Notes: a model not told the origin generated them from the sequence alone. Shown: positions 39,833 to 48,537, counted from the stretch's first letter. The stretch: DNA of 48,537 bases from Ramlibacter sp. (GCA_039926915.1 JBDSWB010000049.1:1-48537), one strand, 5' to 3'. Program-made: numbers and translations.

Positions 39833-40084
39833 TCAGCCTCCCGTGACTGGCGGGAAGAACGCCACTTCGCAGCCTTGCCTGAGGGCCTCGGATTCGTCGA
39901 CCATCACCTGGTCGAGGGCGAGGCGCACGGCCTTGCCGCGCGCCAGGCCGTGCGCATACGCGCCCCCTCGTGCGATCAATTCCTCGCGCAGGTCGGCCAG
40001 TGTCGTCGCCGAAGTGTCGAACGATTCCACGCCCTGGCCCACCGCCTCGCGGATCGACGCGAAATACCGCAAGGTGACTTTCAT
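39833..40084 (-). CDS. moaD: Molybdopterin synthase sulfur carrier subunit
   Basis: MKVTLRYFASIRE...EVAFFPPVTGG, ending in di-Gly. Confidence 0.95.
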   Translation of the reverse strand: MKVTLRYFASIREAVGQGVESFDTSATTLADLREELIARGGAYAHGLARGKAVRLALDQVMVDESEALRQGCEVAFFPPVTGG

Positions 40085-41328
40085 GCAAGTAACTCCGCCA
40101 GGGAAATGAACGAAACGGGGTCGCCGTTCGCAATGCTGCGCCCGGGCGGGTTGTCCACCAGCCCGTCGCCCCAGGCCGCTGAAGTCAGCACCCCCGAGCT
40201 CTGGTTGGCGAACAGGTCCAGCCCGCCACGGCCGTTGCGCCGCACGCGCAGAAACTCGCGGCGTGTGTCGGCGCGCGGCCAAGCGAAATGCGCGGGCAGG
40301 CTCATGCTGGCGGGCGCCAGTTCAGTCGCGCCCTGCAACTTCAGCACGAAGGGCCGAACCAGCAGGAGGAAAGTGACGAAGCTGGACACCGGGTTGCCGG
40401 GCAAGCCGATGAAGTGGGCCGTGCCCACCTTGCCATAGGCGAAGGGCTTGCCGGGCTTGATGGCGATCTGCCACAGGTCGAGCGAGCCGAGTTGCTGCAC
40501 CGCCGGCTTGATGTGGTCCTCCTCGCCCACCGACACGCCGCCGCTGGTGAGGATGAGGTCGTGCTCCACCGATGCACGATGCAATGCTTCCAGAGTCGCC
40601 TCGCGCCGGTCGGGAACGATGCCCATGTCCGTCACTTCGCAATCCAACCGAAGCAGAAGGGCGCGAAGGAAGAAACGGTTGGAGTTGTAGATCGCCCCGG
40701 CCTTCATGGCCTCGGGCTTGACCTCACCCGGCATCACCAGCTCGTCCCCGGTCGAAAACAGCGCGACGCGCGGCCGGCGCGCCACCTGCAGCCGGTCCAG
40801 TCCGATGCTCGCCGCCAGTCCCAGCGCTGCAGGTGTGAGCCGCTGGCCGCGGGTGAGCACTACGGCGCCGCGCGCGACGTCCTCGCCACTGCGGCGAATC
40901 CACTGGCCGGGCGCCGGCACGCGCAGGATGCGCACAATCTGCTCGCCGGCGGATTCGGTTTCTTCCTGCATCACGACCGCGTCGGTGCCGGCGGGGATCG
41001 GCGCGCCGGTGAAGATGCGGGCCGCGCTACCGGGCGTCAGGGGGTCGGGCGCGGCGCCGGCCGGTATGCGCTGGCTGATCGGCAGCGTCACGCCTTCGCC
41101 CGCGATCTCGCAGCTGCGCACCGCGTAGCCATCCATCGAGCTGTTGTCGTGCGGCGGCACCTGAAGCGCGGAGACCAAGTCCTGTGCCAGGACGCGCCCA
41201 TCGGCATCGAACGTGGACACCGCCTCGGTTCCTGCCAGGGCTTGCGCGTGGCCCAGCAACGCGGCCAGCGCGTCGTCCAGCGGCCGCGGCGGAGAGCGGG
41301 GAGATTCCAGTGCGCCCGATGCGCTCAT
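40081..41328 (-). CDS. moeA: Molybdopterin molybdotransferase
   Basis: NSSMDGYA, IFTGAP, STGDEL, SGGVSVGEED, GLPGNPVS. Confidence 0.95.
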   Translation of the reverse strand: MSASGALESPRSPPRPLDDALAALLGHAQALAGTEAVSTFDADGRVLAQDLVSALQVPPHDNSSMDGYAVRSCEIAGEGVTLPISQRIPAGAAPDPLTPGSAARIFTGAPIPAGTDAVVMQEETESAGEQIVRILRVPAPGQWIRRSGEDVARGAVVLTRGQRLTPAALGLAASIGLDRLQVARRPRVALFSTGDELVMPGEVKPEAMKAGAIYNSNRFFLRALLLRLDCEVTDMGIVPDRREATLEALHRASVEHDLILTSGGVSVGEEDHIKPAVQQLGSLDLWQIAIKPGKPFAYGKVGTAHFIGLPGNPVSSFVTFLLLVRPFVLKLQGATELAPASMSLPAHFAWPRADTRREFLRVRRNGRGGLDLFANQSSGVLTSAAWGDGLVDNPPGRSIANGDPVSFISLAELLA

Positions 41329-41858
41329 CAGTACCTCTCGAACAGGTAGTCGAACCGATCCTGATTGTCGACGAGCCATTGCGCGACTGCATCCGGATTG
41401 TTCAGATCCAGCACCGGCCGCAGGGTGGATTGGGGCAGCCGTTCGGGAGAGTCGGTGGCGATGGCCACCACGAAGTCGTCCTCCGGATACAGCGCGGGCC
41501 GGCCCGAGTCGGCGCGCCAGACCTCGATCTTCAGCAGGTTGCTTTCCTTGAAGCCTTCCACCAGGACCCAGTCGACGCCGTCGTACAACTCCGAGATAAG
41601 CTGGTGCACGGTCAGCCGCGAAGGGCGCTCGAACTCGCGCATCAGCGCTAGCCTCCGGTCCGACGCGACCACCACTTCGAAGGCGCCGGCCTCACGGTGG
41701 CGGTAGGTGTCCTTGCCGGGATGGTCGATGTCGAACTTGTGGTGCGCATGCTTGACCACGGAGACCCGGAGGCCCCGCAGCTTGAAGGCGGGGATCAGAT
41801 GCTCGACCAGCGTGGTCTTGCCCGAACCCGAGAATCCTGCGAAGGCAACTGCTCTCAT
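41328..41858 (-). CDS. mobB: Molybdopterin-guanine dinucleotide biosynthesis protein B
   Basis: GFSGSGKTTL, KHAHH.FDID.PGKD, LVEGFK. Confidence 0.95.
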   Translation of the reverse strand: MRAVAFAGFSGSGKTTLVEHLIPAFKLRGLRVSVVKHAHHKFDIDHPGKDTYRHREAGAFEVVVASDRRLALMREFERPSRLTVHQLISELYDGVDWVLVEGFKESNLLKIEVWRADSGRPALYPEDDFVVAIATDSPERLPQSTLRPVLDLNNPDAVAQWLVDNQDRFDYLFERY

Positions 41859-41864
41859 CGCGAT

Positions 41865-43280
41865 TCAGCCGCAATGGCCGGCGATAAATTCCTTGACGGC
41901 CTCCGCATCGGCGCGCATGACGGTCACCCGCTTCGGCAGCTGCTCGATGCCCTCGAACCGGGCCGGCCTTTCCGGCTCCCGGCCCAGCGCCTCGACGATG
42001 CTGGCGGAAAACTTGATGGCCAATGCCGTTTCCAGCACGATCATCGGGATGCCCGCCTGCGCCTGCAAGCGGGCCACCTTGAGGCCGTCTGCAGTGTGGG
42101 TGTCGATGATGGTTCCGAAGCGCTGGAAAGTGTCCCGGATGGTCCCGATCCGGTCGGCATGGCTGCTCTTGCCGCTGACGAATCCATAGCGCTCCTGCGC
42201 CTGCCTGAAGGCTGAGTCGCCGCCCAGTTCAAAGCGGCCCTGGCTCGCCAGTTGCGGCCCGAACAACTCGGCGACGCGCGCGCCGTCCCGGCCCAGCAGG
42301 TCAAAGACAAAGCGCTCGAAATTGCTGGCCTTGCTGATGTCCATCGAAGGGCTGGATGTCTCATGGGTGTCGGCGGGCGCGCGCACTCGGTACTCGCCGG
42401 TGCGAAAGAACTCGTCGAGCACGTCGTTCTCGTTGGTCGCCAGCACCAGCCGTTCGATCGGCAAGCCCATCATCCGGGCAACGTGGCCCGCGCAGATATT
42501 GCCGAAATTGCCGGAAGGAACAGTGAAGCTGACCTTCTCGCCGTTCTCCCGCGTGGCCTGGAAGTAGCCGGCGAAGTAGTAGACCACCTGCGCCACCAGG
42601 CGCGCCCAATTGATCGAGTTGACGGTGCCGATCTTGTACCGGCGCTTGAAGTCCAGGTCATTGGAGACCGCCTTGACGATGTCCTGGCAATCGTCGAACA
42701 CGCCTTCGATGGCGATGTTGTGGATGTTTGCGTCCTGCAGGCTGAACATCTGGGCCTGCTGGAACGGGCTCATGCGCCCGTGCGGCGAGGTCATGAACAC
42801 ACGCACGCCCTTCTTGCCGCGCATGGCGTATTCGGCCGCGCTGCCGGTGTCGCCCGAGGTGGCGCCCAGGATATTGAGCTGTTCGCCGCGCCGTGCCAGT
42901 TCGTACTCGAACAGGTTGCCCAGCAGCTGCATGGCCATGTCCTTGAAGGCCAGCGTCGGCCCGTTCGACAGGGCTTCGAGGAAGATGCCATCTTCCAGCT
43001 TTTTCAGCGGCACGATCTCCCTGGTGCCGAAGATTTCCGCGGTGTAGGTCTTGCGGCAGACCAGGCGCAGGTCATCGGCCGGGATGTCGTCGATGTAAAG
43101 CGACAGGATCTCGAAGGCCAGCTCCGCGTAGGGGAGACTTCGCCACCGAGCCAGCGCGACCACGTCGACCCGTGGATAACGCTCAGGCAAGTACAGTCCC
43201 CCATCCGGCGCCAGGCCTTCCAGCAGAATCTCGCAGAAATGCCGACGATCGGGGTGGCCCCGGGTGGAAACGTAGAGCAT
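41865..43280 (-). CDS. thrC: Threonine synthase
   Basis: YVSTRG, GLAPDGGLY, GPTLAFKD (PLP Lys), GATSGDTG, NSINWAR, VPSGNFGN. Confidence 0.97.
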   Translation of the reverse strand: MLYVSTRGHPDRRHFCEILLEGLAPDGGLYLPERYPRVDVVALARWRSLPYAELAFEILSLYIDDIPADDLRLVCRKTYTAEIFGTREIVPLKKLEDGIFLEALSNGPTLAFKDMAMQLLGNLFEYELARRGEQLNILGATSGDTGSAAEYAMRGKKGVRVFMTSPHGRMSPFQQAQMFSLQDANIHNIAIEGVFDDCQDIVKAVSNDLDFKRRYKIGTVNSINWARLVAQVVYYFAGYFQATRENGEKVSFTVPSGNFGNICAGHVARMMGLPIERLVLATNENDVLDEFFRTGEYRVRAPADTHETSSPSMDISKASNFERFVFDLLGRDGARVAELFGPQLASQGRFELGGDSAFRQAQERYGFVSGKSSHADRIGTIRDTFQRFGTIIDTHTADGLKVARLQAQAGIPMIVLETALAIKFSASIVEALGREPERPARFEGIEQLPKRVTVMRADAEAVKEFIAGHCG

Positions 43281-43436
43281 CTAGGGCCTGTTCACACTAT
43301 TTATGCAAGTGCGAAGGTGGTTAAAACAGCGCCAATCCAGGCGCATGACGACGCCCAGGCTCTCTGCCTGGGCTAGGAGTGCAACGCCGAGTGGCGCTGT
43401 TTTAACCACCTTCCCTCCGGGTTGCGCATCTTGCAT
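43281..43436 (-). CDS. Putative MITE-encoded 51-aa bridging mini-ORF (MQDAQPGGKVVKTAPLGVALLAQAESLGVVMRLDWRCFNHLRTCINSVNRP*)
   Basis: In frame with hom and thrC. Its TAG (43283-43281) directly abuts the thrC ATG. Translation is not demonstrated. Confidence 0.35.
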   Translation of the reverse strand: MQDAQPGGKVVKTAPLGVALLAQAESLGVVMRLDWRCFNHLRTCINSVNRP

Positions 43437-43458
43437 AAATAGTGTGAACAGGCCCTAG
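43281..43458. mobile_element. MITE-like palindromic element, 174 bp plus one duplicated CTAG, inserted at the hom/thrC junction
   Basis: 29-bp perfect terminal inverted repeat including CTAG (43281-43309 / 43430-43458), 22-bp perfect internal IR (43313-43334 / 43392-43413) and an 8-bp central hairpin (43353-43373). More AT-rich than the flanks. No transposase. Confidence 0.88.
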
Positions 43459-44765
43459 GCGAGTTCTTCCTTGCGGATGCGCGTGATGGGGGCGAGCACG
43501 GTGGGCAACGCCTGCATCTGCGCGAGCACCTCGTTCATGGTGCCTTCGCGCACGCTGTGCGTGAGGATGATGAGGTCGGTCTGCCTTTCTCCCTCGCTTG
43601 CTTCGCGCTGAAGCATCGCGTCGATGCTGATCCCGGCCGCCGCCAGCAGTCCCGTAACTTTGGCCAGGACGCCGGCCTGGTCGGCCACGCGCAGGCGAAG
43701 GTAATAGCTGGTCACGACTTCGCTCATCGGCAAGACGATGGCATCGCTCATCTGGTCCGGCTGGAAAGCCAGGTGTGGAACCCGATTGGCGGCGTCCGCG
43801 GTGTGCAGGCGCGTGATGTCCACCAGGTCGGCGATCACGGCGCTGGCCGTCGGTTCGCTGCCGGCGCCCTTGCCGTAGTAGAGGGTGGTGCCGACGGCGT
43901 CGGCCTGGACCATCACGGCGTTCATGGCGCCTTCGACGTTGGCGATGAGCCGCCTGGAGGGCACGAGCGCAGGGTGTACGCGAAGTTCGACGCCCTTATC
44001 CGTTCGCTTGGTGATGCCCAGCAGCTTGATGCGGTAGCCCAGCTGCTCGGCATACCGGATGTCCTGCGCGCCCAGCTTGGTGATGCCTTCGACATAAGCC
44101 TTGTCGAACTGGACCGGGATCCCGAACGCGATGGCCGACATGATGGTGGCCTTGTGCGCGGCGTCCACGCCTTCGATGTCGAAGGTCGGGTCGGCTTCGG
44201 CGTAGCCCAGGCGCTGGGCGTCCTTAAGCGCCACATCGAAGTCGATGCCCTTGTCGCGCATCTCGGAAAGGATGAAATTGGTGGTGCCGTTGATGATCCC
44301 GGCGATCCACTCAATGCTGTTGGCCGTGAGTCCTTCGCGAAGCGCCTTGATGATCGGGATGCCGCCGGCCACAGCTGCCTCGAACGCAACCATCACGCCC
44401 CGGCGGTGTGCGGCGGCGAAGATCTCGTTACCATGCACCGCCAACAGGGCCTTGTTGGCCGTCACCACGTGCTTGCCTGCATCGATGGCCTCCATCACCA
44501 GCTGCCGGGCGATGCCGTAGCCGCCGATCAGTTCCACCACGATATCGATCTCAGGATTGGCGATCACGGCGCGCGCATCGCTCACCACCTGCACCGCGTC
44601 CCCCACCGTGGACATCGCGCGCGCCGTGTCGAGATCCGCGACCATCGTGATCTCGATGCCGCGGCCGGCGCGGCGCTTGATCTCTTCCTGATTGCGCCTG
44701 AGGACAGTGAAGACACCGCTCCCCACGGTGCCGATGCCCAGCAGGCCGACTTGGATGGCTTTCAT
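43455..44765 (-). CDS. hom: Homoserine dehydrogenase
   Basis: GLLGIGTVGSG, VVTANKA, EAAVAGGIP, GIINGTTN, GYAEADP, C-terminal ACT domain. Confidence 0.97.
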   Translation of the reverse strand: MKAIQVGLLGIGTVGSGVFTVLRRNQEEIKRRAGRGIEITMVADLDTARAMSTVGDAVQVVSDARAVIANPEIDIVVELIGGYGIARQLVMEAIDAGKHVVTANKALLAVHGNEIFAAAHRRGVMVAFEAAVAGGIPIIKALREGLTANSIEWIAGIINGTTNFILSEMRDKGIDFDVALKDAQRLGYAEADPTFDIEGVDAAHKATIMSAIAFGIPVQFDKAYVEGITKLGAQDIRYAEQLGYRIKLLGITKRTDKGVELRVHPALVPSRRLIANVEGAMNAVMVQADAVGTTLYYGKGAGSEPTASAVIADLVDITRLHTADAANRVPHLAFQPDQMSDAIVLPMSEVVTSYYLRLRVADQAGVLAKVTGLLAAAGISIDAMLQREASEGERQTDLIILTHSVREGTMNEVLAQMQALPTVLAPITRIRKEELA

Positions 44766-45988
44766 GACGTGTGGCGTTTTCTGTAGCTCTCGAGAAACTT
44801 CGCGATGCGGCCGATGGCCTCGCGCAGGTCGTCTTCGTGCGGCAGGAAGACGATGCGGAAATGGTCCGGCGTGGCCCAGTTGAAGCCCGTGCCCTGGACC
44901 AGCATCACGCGCGTCTCCTGCAGCAGTTCCAGGAAGAACTGCCGGTCGTCGGCGATCGGGTAGACCTTGGGGTCGAGCCGCGGAAACATGTAAAGCGCCG
45001 CTATCGGCTTCACGCACGTCACGCCGGGGATTGCAGTGATGAGTTCGTACGCGAGGTCTCGCTGGCGCCGCAGGCGCCCGCCTTCCGCGACCAGTTCGTT
45101 GATGCTCTGGTAGCCCCCCAACGCGGTCTGGATCGCCCATTGACCGGGAACGTTGGCGCACAACCGCATGTTCGAGAGCATGTTCAGGCCCTCGATGTAA
45201 TCGGCGGCCCGCTTCTTGTCGCCGGACACGACCATCCAGCCGGCACGATACCCGCAGGATCGGTAGCTCTTGGACAGCGAATTGAAGGTCAGCGTCAGCA
45301 CGTCTTCTGACAGGCTGGCGATCGCGGTGTGCTTCGCGCCGTCGTAGAGCACCTTGTCGTAGACCTCGTCCGCGAAAATCACCAGGTTGTGTTCGCGCGC
45401 GATCTCGACGATGCCCCTGAGCAACTCGTCGGAATACAGCGCACCCGTCGGGTTATTGGGATTGATGACGACGATGCCCTTGGTGTGCAGCGTGATCTTG
45501 CGTCGGATGTCCTGCAGGTCGGGCATCCAGCCGTTGGCCTCGTCGCACAGGTAGTGCACCGGCGTGCCGCCCGACAGGCTGGTGGCGGCCGTCCACAGCG
45601 GATAGTCCGGCGCGGGCAGCAACAACTCGTCGTGGTCATCCATCAGTGCATTGGTGGCCATCGCGATCAGTTCGCTGGCGCCGTTGCCCAGATAGATGTC
45701 GTCGAGCGTGACCCCCTTGATGCCCTGCTTCTGGGTTTCATGCATCACGGCCTTGCGCCCTGCGAAGATGCCCTTGCTGTCCGAGTAACCTGAAGAGTTG
45801 GGCAGGTTGCGGATCATGTCCTGCTGGATTTCCTCAGGCGCATCGAAGCCGAACACGGCCAGGTTGCCGATGTTCAGGCGGATGATCTTGTGGCCTTCCT
45901 CTTCCATCTGCCGGGCCGCGTCCATGATGGGACCGCGGATGTCGTAGAGGACGTTGGCGAGCTTCGCTGACTTCTGGACGGTTTTCAA
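44762..45988 (-). CDS. alaA: Alanine (glutamate-pyruvate) aminotransferase, class I/II PLP enzyme
   Basis: KS.KL.NV.YDIRG, INPNNPTG, DEVYDK, SLSKSYR..GYRAGW. TTG start. Confidence 0.9.
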   Translation of the reverse strand: MKTVQKSAKLANVLYDIRGPIMDAARQMEEEGHKIIRLNIGNLAVFGFDAPEEIQQDMIRNLPNSSGYSDSKGIFAGRKAVMHETQKQGIKGVTLDDIYLGNGASELIAMATNALMDDHDELLLPAPDYPLWTAATSLSGGTPVHYLCDEANGWMPDLQDIRRKITLHTKGIVVINPNNPTGALYSDELLRGIVEIAREHNLVIFADEVYDKVLYDGAKHTAIASLSEDVLTLTFNSLSKSYRSCGYRAGWMVVSGDKKRAADYIEGLNMLSNMRLCANVPGQWAIQTALGGYQSINELVAEGGRLRRQRDLAYELITAIPGVTCVKPIAALYMFPRLDPKVYPIADDRQFFLELLQETRVMLVQGTGFNWATPDHFRIVFLPHEDDLREAIGRIAKFLESYRKRHTS

Positions 45989-46089
45989 AGCCCCTCCGGA
46001 CCGGTTTCTAGGCGTGGAAACCTATAATTTGACCACAGTTCTGCCTGTTTTTAGTGCAGCGCAGCAATGAACGCAGGGGCCCTCGCACC

Positions 46090-46467
46090 ATGAAGCTTCA
46101 ACCCGACAAATCTGACGTGCACGCGATCAGCGGCTACGGTCCCGGGTGGGTGGGCGTGGACGGCGAAAGAATCACGCACAGCGTGATCCTGAGTTCGACC
46201 GGCGATCGCATCGTCTGGCCCACGGCCGCCTTCGAGGACTTGGGCCTCGAGCACTTTGCGATGCTGGCGCAATTGCAGGTCGAGATCGTCATCTTCGGCA
46301 GCGGGTCGCGCATTCATTTTCCGCATCCGGCGTGGCTGGGGCCGCTGATGGCACGCCGAATTGGCATCGAAACGATGGATACGGCGGCGGCCTGCCGCAC
46401 CTACAACATCCTCGCCCAGGAAGGCCGCAGCGTCGCAGTTGCGCTCCTGCTGGAGCAGCCCGCTTGA
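46090..46467 (+). CDS. Mth938-like (DUF498) domain protein
   Basis: IFGSG, IGIETMDT.AACRTYNIL..EGR.V. A perfect TATAAT lies at 46023-46028 upstream. Confidence 0.9.
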   Translation: MKLQPDKSDVHAISGYGPGWVGVDGERITHSVILSSTGDRIVWPTAAFEDLGLEHFAMLAQLQVEIVIFGSGSRIHFPHPAWLGPLMARRIGIETMDTAAACRTYNILAQEGRSVAVALLLEQPA

Positions 46468-46574
46468 CCCACCCGATTCGCGAGAGGTCCGATTAGGGTA
46501 AAATCACGGGTTCCAGCGGGACGGCACCGTCCCCATGAGCAACGAGCAATCCTGTCACACGAGAAACAAAATCC

Positions 46575-47051
46575 ATGGCGATCGTTGTCAACAAACCCAT
46601 CCCCGAATTTGAAGCAAACGCCACGGGCGGCATCAAAGTTTCCAATACCTCCCACAACGGCCACGTCGTGGTGCTCTACTTCTACCCGAAGGACAACACC
46701 CCGGGCTGCACGACCGAGGCGATGCAGTTCCGAGACAAGTACAAGGATTTCGTCAAGGCCGGCGCGACCGTCTTCGGCGTGTCCCGCGACAACATGAAGT
46801 CGCACGACGACTTCAAGACCAAGCTGGAACTGCCTTTCGAGCTTATCGCCGACACCGAAGAGAAGATGTGCCACATGTTCGGCGTCGTGAAGAACAAGAT
46901 CATGTACGGCAAGAAAGTGAAGGGCATCGAGCGCAGCACCTTCCTGATCGGCGCCGACGGCGTGCTGAAGCAGGAGTGGCGCGGCCTGAAGGTTCCCGGC
47001 CACGTGGATGAGGTGCTCAAGGCCGTCAAGCTGCTCAAGAAGGCGGCCTGA
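46575..47051 (+). CDS. bcp: Peroxiredoxin Bcp/PrxQ
   Basis: LYFYPKDNTPGCTTEA, GVSRD, ERSTFLI. Confidence 0.92.
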   Translation: MAIVVNKPIPEFEANATGGIKVSNTSHNGHVVVLYFYPKDNTPGCTTEAMQFRDKYKDFVKAGATVFGVSRDNMKSHDDFKTKLELPFELIADTEEKMCHMFGVVKNKIMYGKKVKGIERSTFLIGADGVLKQEWRGLKVPGHVDEVLKAVKLLKKAA

Positions 47052-47160
47052 CGTTTTGCAGCAACATGCACCGGGGTGCGGTTGAAGCGCCTTGCGACTT
47101 GTGCATAATGAATTCATGCCGTTGACCCTGGCGCCACGCGTCATCACTGCAATCCCGAAC

Positions 47161-47192
47161 AAAGCCGCCCGGCCCGCCAGGCGGCTTTTTCA
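47161..47192 (+). terminator. Rho-independent terminator between bcp and the phoH-family gene
   Basis: AAAGCCGCC, 10-nt loop, GGCGGCTTT, continuing as a T run. Confidence 0.8.
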
Positions 47193-47230
47193 CTTATCGA
47201 CCTCCTCATTCACCGGGAATCCGCCGCCCT

Positions 47231-48537
47231 ATGCCTTTGCCCCCCGCCCCCACCAAGCGCGCCGCCCTGCTCCCGTCAGAAGCCTACGATGCGCCGGCCC
47301 GTTCGCTGCACAAGGTCGCGCGAAAAGCGGAGGCAAGCCACTCTGAGACCCCGCTGGCCGAGAAGCCGCAGGCGCTCGATTTCGATCCGCGCGTGAGCGG
47401 CGGCGGTGAAGTCCATCCCGAAGCATTCAAGGACACCACCGACGGCTACGTGGACCACCCTGCCCCCACGGGGCTGAAGAAGCGTGTCGCAGAACCGGCA
47501 CCGCGCCCCGCCCGCAAGGCCCGGCCCGCCGGTCCGGCCAAGCTCTTCGTCCTCGACACCAACGTGCTGATGCACGACCCGATGAGCCTGTTCCGCTTCG
47601 AGGAACACGACATCTTCCTGCCGATGATCGTGCTCGAGGAACTCGACGGCCACAAGAAGGGCATGACGGAGGTGGCACGCAATGCCCGCCAGGCCAGCCG
47701 GTCCCTTGATGCGCTAGCCGGCGCCCAGGGCGCCGACATCGCCAGCGGCCTGAAGCTGGACACCACGGGGCACCGTGAAGCTGGAGGCAATCTGTTCTTC
47801 CAGACCCAGCAGCTGGACAGCAACCTGCCGCTCAGCCTGCCGCAAGGCAAGGCGGACAACCAGATCCTGGGCGTGGTACGCGCCCTGCGCGAACAGTACG
47901 CCCCACGTGAGGTGGTGCTGGTGTCCAAGGACATCAACATGCGGGTCAAGGCCCGCGCGCTGGGCCTGGCGACCGACGACTACCAGAACGACAAGACCAT
48001 TGACGACCTGGAACTGCTCTATTCCGGCGCCATGGCGCTGCCGCCGGACTTCTGGGCCAAGCACGGCAAGACCATCGAGAGCTGGCAGAGCGGGCAGCAC
48101 ACCTTCTACCGCATCACCGGCCCGGTGGTTCCCAGCCTGCTCATCAACCAGTTCGTCTACTTCGAGTCGCCTGGCGAGCCGAGCCTGTACGCACGGGTGA
48201 CCGAAATCCGGGCCAAGACGGCGGTGCTCAAGACGCTCAAGGACTACGGCCACCTGAAAAATTCAGTGTGGGGCGTGACCACGCGCAACCGCGAACAGAA
48301 CTTCGCGATGAACCTGCTGATGGACCCCGAAATCGACTTCGTCACGCTCACCGGCACCGCGGGCACCGGCAAGACGCTGATGGCCCTGGCCTCGGGGCTC
48401 ACGCAGGTGCTCGACGACCGGCGCTACACCGAAATCATCATGACCCGCGCCACCGTGAGCATGGGTGACGACATCGGCTTCCTTCCGGGCACGGAAGAAG
48501 AAAAGATGGGCCCCTGGATGGGCGCGCTCGACGACAA
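47231..48537 (+). CDS. PIN-domain PhoH-family ATPase; 3' end lies outside the window
   Basis: Open from ATG 47231 to the window end. PIN motif KLFVLDTNVL, ADNQIL, VSKDINMR, then RNREQ, Walker A GTAGTGKT, IGFLPG.EEEKM.PW. Not in the ORF track because it has no stop in the window. Confidence 0.92.
   Translation, partial: MPLPPAPTKRAALLPSEAYDAPARSLHKVARKAEASHSETPLAEKPQALDFDPRVSGGGEVHPEAFKDTTDGYVDHPAPTGLKKRVAEPAPRPARKARPAGPAKLFVLDTNVLMHDPMSLFRFEEHDIFLPMIVLEELDGHKKGMTEVARNARQASRSLDALAGAQGADIASGLKLDTTGHREAGGNLFFQTQQLDSNLPLSLPQGKADNQILGVVRALREQYAPREVVLVSKDINMRVKARALGLATDDYQNDKTIDDLELLYSGAMALPPDFWAKHGKTIESWQSGQHTFYRITGPVVPSLLINQFVYFESPGEPSLYARVTEIRAKTAVLKTLKDYGHLKNSVWGVTTRNREQNFAMNLLMDPEIDFVTLTGTAGTGKTLMALASGLTQVLDDRRYTEIIMTRATVSMGDDIGFLPGTEEEKMGPWMGALDD

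Noticed and set aside
43281-43458. Threonine attenuator, riboswitch or CRISPR repeat interpretation of the hom-thrC spacer
   Set aside because: There is no Thr/Ile-rich leader peptide, no U-tract terminator and no repeat-spacer periodicity. Terminal IRs with a CTAG duplication fit a MITE better.
47092-47346. 84-aa ORF across the bcp-phoH spacer
   Set aside because: It runs through a terminator, overlaps the phoH-family gene out of frame, and has no RBS or motif.
1-48537. Defence systems, prophage, integrase or transposase genes, tRNA/rRNA, CRISPR arrays
   Set aside because: None recognised. Almost all of the sequence is accounted for by metabolic and housekeeping genes with uniform composition.

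Overview
This is a GC-rich, gene-dense chromosomal window whose gene content and order resemble a betaproteobacterium of the Comamonadaceae (inference). In order it carries: the 3' end of a histone-H1-like/SWIB gene; a TetR-controlled catabolic cluster of unknown substrate (TPP enzyme, Gfo/Idh/MocA, DUF993, Bug/TctC, beta-hydroxyacid dehydrogenase, XylA-like TIM barrel); bactofilin; an exeA/gspB pair; an MFS/AraC pair; two YeeE/YedE genes and a TauE gene attached to a complete five-step histidine utilisation (hut) locus with a clear HutC operator and a NitT/TauT-type ABC importer; a YbhG/F/S-like exporter; small stress and hypothetical genes; clpB; a MarR/Bug/FAD-monooxygenase module; the alaA-hom-thrC-mobB-moeA-moaD-moaE operon; Mth938-like, bcp and a partial PIN-PhoH gene. 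I saw no rRNA, tRNA, CRISPR array, transposase or prophage genes. The most unusual signals are two unrelated small inserted elements. One is a 174-bp palindromic MITE at the hom/thrC junction; the other is an 83-bp element at the start codon of the TPP-enzyme gene. Each duplicates a stop or start codon and carries a mini-ORF that hands the ribosome to the downstream start codon. The MITE does this in both orientations, which suggests non-polar miniature mobile elements that preserve translational coupling. All family calls come from motif recognition by eye; no database searches were run.
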